A stretch of DNA of 64,000 nucleotides from Nannocystales bacterium (GTDB lineage: Bacteria > Myxococcota_A > Polyangia > Nannocystales > Nannocystaceae), in NCBI GenBank assembly GCA_050633305.1, contig JBOEGF010000019.1, positions 64,001-128,000 on the forward strand. The letters run 5' to 3'. Made by a program: the position numbers and the translations under genes. Under the pieces are notes generated by a model that worked only from the letters and a program-made list of their open reading frames with translations, was not told the DNA's origin and did not search any database. This document shows, in pieces, positions 59,354 through 64,000 of the stretch. The stretch's first letter is position 1; every line of letters begins with the position of its first letter.

Positions 59354-60628
59354 TCAAGGGTAGCAGGTTCGACGCGAACGCCGAGACCTCCATCCGAGGC
59401 TGAACATCCATCCCCACAGCAGGAGGCCTGAGACATCGCGACCCGATCCCGTGTGGCAGTCGCAGCCTCGTTGCTCTCGTTGCTGCGCACTTGCGTCGTC
59501 AGGATCTGCAGTGGCGAGGAGCGTGATGGTTGCCTCGGACCGGTTGCCCGCGCGGTCGGTCGCGATGGCCCGCAACTGGTGTTCACCATCGGGAAGCTCG
59601 ACGTCGAACACCGCCTGCTCGTCCCACGACGTGCCTGCGTCGAGGGGGATGCCATCGAGGTCGAGGCGGATCGTGTGCACCCCGGACGCTTCGTCGCGGG
59701 CGTGCACCTCGATCGGATGCACGCCTGTCTCGACGACATCCGGTGGGTCGACGAACTCGACCGTTGGAGCCGCGAGGTCCCCTGCAGCATCGAAGCTCGC
59801 GCCACAGGTGTTGGGGGCGACCTCTCGGGGCTGTTCACAGCTCGAGCTCCAAGCCCCGAGTCCGTCATCCGGGGCGGCCGTGAATCCGTCGCAGTCCACC
59901 GTTGGACTCCAAGTCCCGTCCGGCTCGAAGCAAGGGCTGATGTCGAAGCCTGAACGCGCCTCGACCCAGGGCGTTGCGAGGTGCATCAGAGAAACGAACC
60001 CTCCGTCTCCACAGGTCTCGCCGTACGATACGACGCCGAACACTCTCCACTCGCCACCGGGGAGCTGTACGAACGCGGGTCCTCCCGAGTCGCCTTCACA
60101 CGAGTCTCGGCCGTCTCCGCCGAGCTCGACTTCATCGCCCTCCCAGGCTGTGATGCTGGTCGTCACGGAGCGTTTGTCCCCGTATCCAACCTCGGATTGG
60201 CCGAATCCCACCAGGGTTGCGGCCATGCCCGGGGTGAGAGCTTCGGTTTCACACCCCATCAGCGGCGGCACGATGGGGACGTCGTCCTGGGCCGAGGCGA
60301 GGATGCAGAATGCCCAGTCGCGACCTGCGCCCGGCAGAAAGCCGTCGGGCCAGACTTCACATCGTTGCGTCGCGACCGTCCGTGCGTGACGAGGGGCAGC
60401 CGCACTTCCGAACTCGACGCTGGAGAACCTGTCGCCGCAGTGTGCCGCGTAGACGACCACACGCGGGTGGACGAGCGTGCCTGTGCAGAGCCGGCCCAGT
60501 GACACCACGGTTGGCCACGCGCAGGGCTCGGTGGCTTCCCCGCCGACGATCGTGCTCGGATCGGCTGGCGCCGTGACGGAACCCGTGACCGCCACGAGTG
60601 CCGCAAGTACCGCCGTCGCGAGCCCCAC
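59354..60628 (-). CDS. Trypsin-like S1 serine protease with Ig-like domain and MYXO-CTERM-like tail
   Basis: IVGG, CTGTLV..VVYAAHC and DSCEGDSGGP; Ig-like HQLRAIATDRAGN; tail GCDC...LLLWGW...RSRRSRR. Confidence 0.9.
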   Translation of the reverse strand: MGLATAVLAALVAVTGSVTAPADPSTIVGGEATEPCAWPTVVSLGRLCTGTLVHPRVVVYAAHCGDRFSSVEFGSAAAPRHARTVATQRCEVWPDGFLPGAGRDWAFCILASAQDDVPIVPPLMGCETEALTPGMAATLVGFGQSEVGYGDKRSVTTSITAWEGDEVELGGDGRDSCEGDSGGPAFVQLPGGEWRVFGVVSYGETCGDGGFVSLMHLATPWVEARSGFDISPCFEPDGTWSPTVDCDGFTAAPDDGLGAWSSSCEQPREVAPNTCGASFDAAGDLAAPTVEFVDPPDVVETGVHPIEVHARDEASGVHTIRLDLDGIPLDAGTSWDEQAVFDVELPDGEHQLRAIATDRAGNRSEATITLLATADPDDASAQQREQRGCDCHTGSGRDVSGLLLWGWMFSLGWRSRRSRRTCYP

Positions 60629-60699
60629 ATTTCATTGTACCAGTCGCCCCGATGGGTTCGACCTTGGCGCCCGGCTGCTGTAGCTTCAAGGAGGTGTCG

Positions 60700-62367
60700 A
60701 TGCGCGTTTGGACGATTGCGCGGCAGGTGTGGATGGCGGGTCTCGTGCTGCCGGCGTGTGGCCGCACGCCGACGCATGTATTCACGCAGGCGGACGGGTC
60801 GTCGAGTGGGGACTCCGGGAGTTCGACCGGCGAGGAAGAAGTCTGCGACCCGGAGCTCGAGAACTGCACCTCGGTTGTCACGCTTCAGCGGGCCGCCGAC
60901 ATTTTGTTTGTCATCGACAACTCGGGATCGATGGGAGAAGAGCAGGGCGTTCTCGCCGCGAACTTTCCTCAGTTCATCAACGTTCTCGAGGGCGAGCAAG
61001 TCGGCGCGAGCTACCGAATCGGCATTGCGACGTCCGACGAGATCGGGCTCCGTGCGACGAGCTGTCGGCAGCGCCTGGGCGACTTCATCTGGGACGGGGT
61101 CCTCGGCCCCAACGATGAGCCGCTGTATGTCGACGAGCGCGAGGCGGGTTGTCTGAGCGCGTGTGAGTTCGACGAAGTGCCATTGTCGAGCACCGTTGAT
61201 TCAGACGGAAACGTCGTCTTTGGTCCCTGGATCGAGCGCTCCGGAGGCTCCACCAATCTCCCCCCCGGCATGAGCATGGCGGATGCGCTGCGCTGCCTGG
61301 GTCCGCAGGGCATCAACGGGTTTGGATACGAGGCCCCGCTCGAGGCCATGCGGCGGATCGTCGAGGAAAACGTAGACGGCTTCGTCCGCGACGATGCCTT
61401 GCTCGCGGTCATCATCGTGACCGACGAAGTCGACTGTTCGCTGCCCCTGCAAAACGTGGACACGCTGTTCACATCGTTGGGAGAGCCCTTCTGGGCCGAC
61501 CTCGAACCCCGGCCCACGTCGTCTGCATGCTGGAAGGCGGGCGTGCAGTGTCTCGGCGGCCCCGGTACGTATGACGCCTGCGTTCCGGTCGACAAAGGCT
61601 GGGATGGACTCCCCACCGAAGACCCGAATGGGTCCGTGCTCTATCCCCTCGATCGCTATATCGACGCGCTGCAGGGGGTTGCCGACCGCAAGGAGGCGCT
61701 TGGTGGCAACGGGACGATCTCGGTCGCCGTGATCAGCGGTGTGCCCGAGGACTACCCCCAGGGCGGAGAACTCATCTACCGGGACTCAGCCAACCCGATC
61801 TTCAACTCCGAGTACGGCATCGGACCTGGTTGCGACTTTGGGTTGGAGTCGCTGGGAGACCTTCCGGGCATTCCTCCTGTTCGGCTCAAGGCGTTTGCCG
61901 AGGCGTTCGCAGGAGAGCGTCGGAACATGTTCTCGATCTGCTCGGCCGACTACGCCGTGGCACTGGAGCAGATCGCCGACGAGATTGCGCAGCTCGGCTC
62001 ACGTTCCTGTATTCCCGGTTGTGCCTACGACGCCAGCCCCAACGTCTCCGGCTTGCAGCCCCGATGCACGGTCTTCGAGGAGCGAGGTGACGACGGTGGC
62101 GGGGATGCTCCCGTGCAAGCCTGCGCCGTGACGAACGCCGGTTGGGACTTCCCTCCGGGGCTCGACGTTTGCTTCCGGGCGCTCACCGACGGCGACGGCT
62201 CGACGGCGTGGCCGCATGACGACCTCACACCGCAGTGCAGCAACCGCGGGTCCAACCTCGAGTTTGTGATCGAACGAAGAGAAGGCGTACCGGTTCCACC
62301 GGGCGTTGGCGTTCAGGTCGAGTGCGTGCTGATCGGGCAGCCCGACCAGCGCTGCGACGAGCTGTGA
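60700..62367 (+). CDS. Cys-rich VWA-domain lipoprotein (CglB-like family)
   Basis: LPAC lipobox, DILFVIDNSGSMGEEQ MIDAS, FVRDDALLAVIIVTDEVDCS and SICSADY. Confidence 0.82.
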   Translation: MRVWTIARQVWMAGLVLPACGRTPTHVFTQADGSSSGDSGSSTGEEEVCDPELENCTSVVTLQRAADILFVIDNSGSMGEEQGVLAANFPQFINVLEGEQVGASYRIGIATSDEIGLRATSCRQRLGDFIWDGVLGPNDEPLYVDEREAGCLSACEFDEVPLSSTVDSDGNVVFGPWIERSGGSTNLPPGMSMADALRCLGPQGINGFGYEAPLEAMRRIVEENVDGFVRDDALLAVIIVTDEVDCSLPLQNVDTLFTSLGEPFWADLEPRPTSSACWKAGVQCLGGPGTYDACVPVDKGWDGLPTEDPNGSVLYPLDRYIDALQGVADRKEALGGNGTISVAVISGVPEDYPQGGELIYRDSANPIFNSEYGIGPGCDFGLESLGDLPGIPPVRLKAFAEAFAGERRNMFSICSADYAVALEQIADEIAQLGSRSCIPGCAYDASPNVSGLQPRCTVFEERGDDGGGDAPVQACAVTNAGWDFPPGLDVCFRALTDGDGSTAWPHDDLTPQCSNRGSNLEFVIERREGVPVPPGVGVQVECVLIGQPDQRCDEL

Positions 62368-62398
62368 GGCTCGAGCACGTTTCCCGTGACTCGGCCGG

Positions 62399-63712
62399 TC
62401 AGAGCGCGCCTTGGAACTGGAGGCGGATCACGTGGCTCGGGACGTCGGTCAGCGACTCGGACCACGTCGGGCTGTAGTCGAGCTGGAGCTTCACCGCGTG
62501 CCCGAAGAAGTAGTACCCGAGCACGACACTGGGCTGCCGTTGTCGGGGCAGGGGCGAGTCTGCGGTGGGGCGGGTCTCTGCGAATCGCCCGACGAGTTCG
62601 AACGGCTTGGGACCCCACAGGTAGCCGGCTTGAGCATTCCAGCCGTAGCCGTTGCGCGCTGGGGAGAGTCCCGCTGCGGGGATTGACGGTCCCCCGCGAC
62701 GCCTGCCTTCGCGCACGTACCCCTCGGCGAACACGGTGGCACCGCCGAACTTGAACGACGCGTCCACCGTCCCGTTGTGGACGTCGGTCGTGCCGCCATC
62801 CTCTGGTCTGGCCCCGATGGTGCCGCGTTCGAACTGGGCGCCATCGACGAAGGCGTAGGCAAAGCCCAGCGACATGCGAGGGACTCGCTCTCGCGAGTGG
62901 TCGGACTCCGTGTCGTCCGCCTCGTAGGTGCCAAACGGAAACACTTCGAGGCGAGCGAGGTACACGACCTCGAAGTTGGTCGGCTGATAGGCGTCGCGCC
63001 CTTCGCCGAGAAACATGCCCGCGTAGTAGCCGAGATGATCCAGACCAAACAGGTCGTCGGAGTGGAGGTCGAACCCGACGTCCCGGTTGAGGTTGAACTC
63101 TCCGTCCGCAATTGAGCGGTCGACGAATTGAAGGTCTCCCGAGGACTGCATCCGCGCTCGGGAGTAGGGCAGCTTGTACTGGCCGACGCGGAACTGGAGG
63201 TCCCGGAGTTTGGAGAACTCCAGCGCCCAGTCGAGAACCGGTGTGAAGCGCGGACCGCCGGGCGCCATGCCCATGTCTCGGGGGGATACACCAAGCTCGA
63301 GTTTGTAGGTGTTGTGCTGGCCGAACGTGTGGCCCGAGAACTTGACCCGAGCACGGCGTAGCGACAGCGACTGGCTAGGAGATGCGTCCGGCGCGGCTAC
63401 GACGTCGTATCGGACCTGACCTCGCAGCCCTAGGCGCAACGAGAAGCGACCGTCCGCGCTGAGCCATCGCAGTCCGTCTCCCGGTGCGCCCACCGTGATC
63501 GTCGAGCTGGGCGAAGTGGGAGGAAGCTGCGACTCCAAGGACGCCGTGAGGACTTCCGCGGTCTCGGTGGGGACGTCGGGAGGTGGGTCGGTCGCGGTCT
63601 GCGTCGCCGCAACCGGGGTGGGCGCAGGTACCGGGTAGGGAACCGCGCGGACCTCGGGGGTGCCACGCGTCGCAGGCTGCACGCACAGAAGCGCGATGAC
63701 GAGCCAGAACAT
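62399..63712 (-). CDS. OprO/OprP-like (phosphate-selective) porin family protein
   Basis: LRRARVKFSG, RVGQYKLPYS, SSGDLQFVDRS, RDVG and YYFFGHAVKLQLDY. Confidence 0.82.
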   Translation of the reverse strand: MFWLVIALLCVQPATRGTPEVRAVPYPVPAPTPVAATQTATDPPPDVPTETAEVLTASLESQLPPTSPSSTITVGAPGDGLRWLSADGRFSLRLGLRGQVRYDVVAAPDASPSQSLSLRRARVKFSGHTFGQHNTYKLELGVSPRDMGMAPGGPRFTPVLDWALEFSKLRDLQFRVGQYKLPYSRARMQSSGDLQFVDRSIADGEFNLNRDVGFDLHSDDLFGLDHLGYYAGMFLGEGRDAYQPTNFEVVYLARLEVFPFGTYEADDTESDHSRERVPRMSLGFAYAFVDGAQFERGTIGARPEDGGTTDVHNGTVDASFKFGGATVFAEGYVREGRRRGGPSIPAAGLSPARNGYGWNAQAGYLWGPKPFELVGRFAETRPTADSPLPRQRQPSVVLGYYFFGHAVKLQLDYSPTWSESLTDVPSHVIRLQFQGAL

Positions 63713-63740
63713 CGAGTCGAGGGCAGGACGAGAACTTCGA

Positions 63741-63998
63741 CTAGAACTCGATCTCGATCAGCTCGCCGGTCTGTGCATCGACCGTTGCGTGCTCTTGCCC
63801 AGCATTGACGGTCCACGTCCGGCCGTCGAGGCTGAGCGAGGCGGACTCGACTTCAGCATCCAGAAACTCGGACGCGTGGGCCACAGCCTCATCGCGTTCC
63901 ATGGGCGTCGGACACAGCACGGCAACCAGCGTCGCGCCGAGGAGCCCAAGACAGATCGCGTACAGGCGACCGCTCCGCTTCAAGTTCGTGACGCTCAT
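63741..63998 (-). CDS. Small PepSY-like membrane-anchored protein
   Basis: N-terminal TM segment, DEAVAHA, WTV and VDAQTGELI. Confidence 0.55.
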   Translation of the reverse strand: MSVTNLKRSGRLYAICLGLLGATLVAVLCPTPMERDEAVAHASEFLDAEVESASLSLDGRTWTVNAGQEHATVDAQTGELIEIEF

Positions 63999-64000
63999 GT

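Overview
This is a GC-rich (by eye roughly two-thirds G+C), gene-dense chromosomal window. It most likely comes from a myxobacterium (Myxococcota, Nannocystaceae-like), judged from four Hanks-type Ser/Thr kinases, MYXO-CTERM-type tails, a DUF1592/DUF1552 gene pair, a CglB-like VWA lipoprotein and many lipoproteins with S/T/G/D-rich stalks. About 50 CDS can be supported. They include housekeeping genes (uvrC, rseP, ssb, RluA-family, hslO, dusC, asd, tkt, a stand-alone fusA), envelope and secreted proteins (wzc, phoD, an OprO/P-type porin, CapA, M14 and S1 proteases, cytochrome c peroxidase) and many hypothetical lipoproteins. I saw no rRNA, tRNA, CRISPR array, transposase or phage genes. The main signals the gene list does not explain are: (1) an unannotated + strand unit at about 40519-40678, between two minus-strand genes, with a Fur-box-like operator over a TTGACT -35, a structured body containing CUCCUU and an 18-bp hairpin plus U7 terminator, which is a candidate iron-responsive sRNA; (2) a 139-bp MITE-like element with 28-bp terminal inverted repeats and CTAG at both ends, directly upstream of uvrC; (3) a twice-repeated cassette of an exported helical/TPR protein ending in ...RF followed by a Cys-motif lipoprotein; (4) a Ser/Thr kinase with a C-terminal Cache-like sensor next to an orphan wzc; (5) a recurring TGn-TAnnnT motif 5-8 nt before start codons, suggesting leaderless mRNAs. 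All calls are made by eye from motifs; no database searches were run, and several start codons are my estimates.
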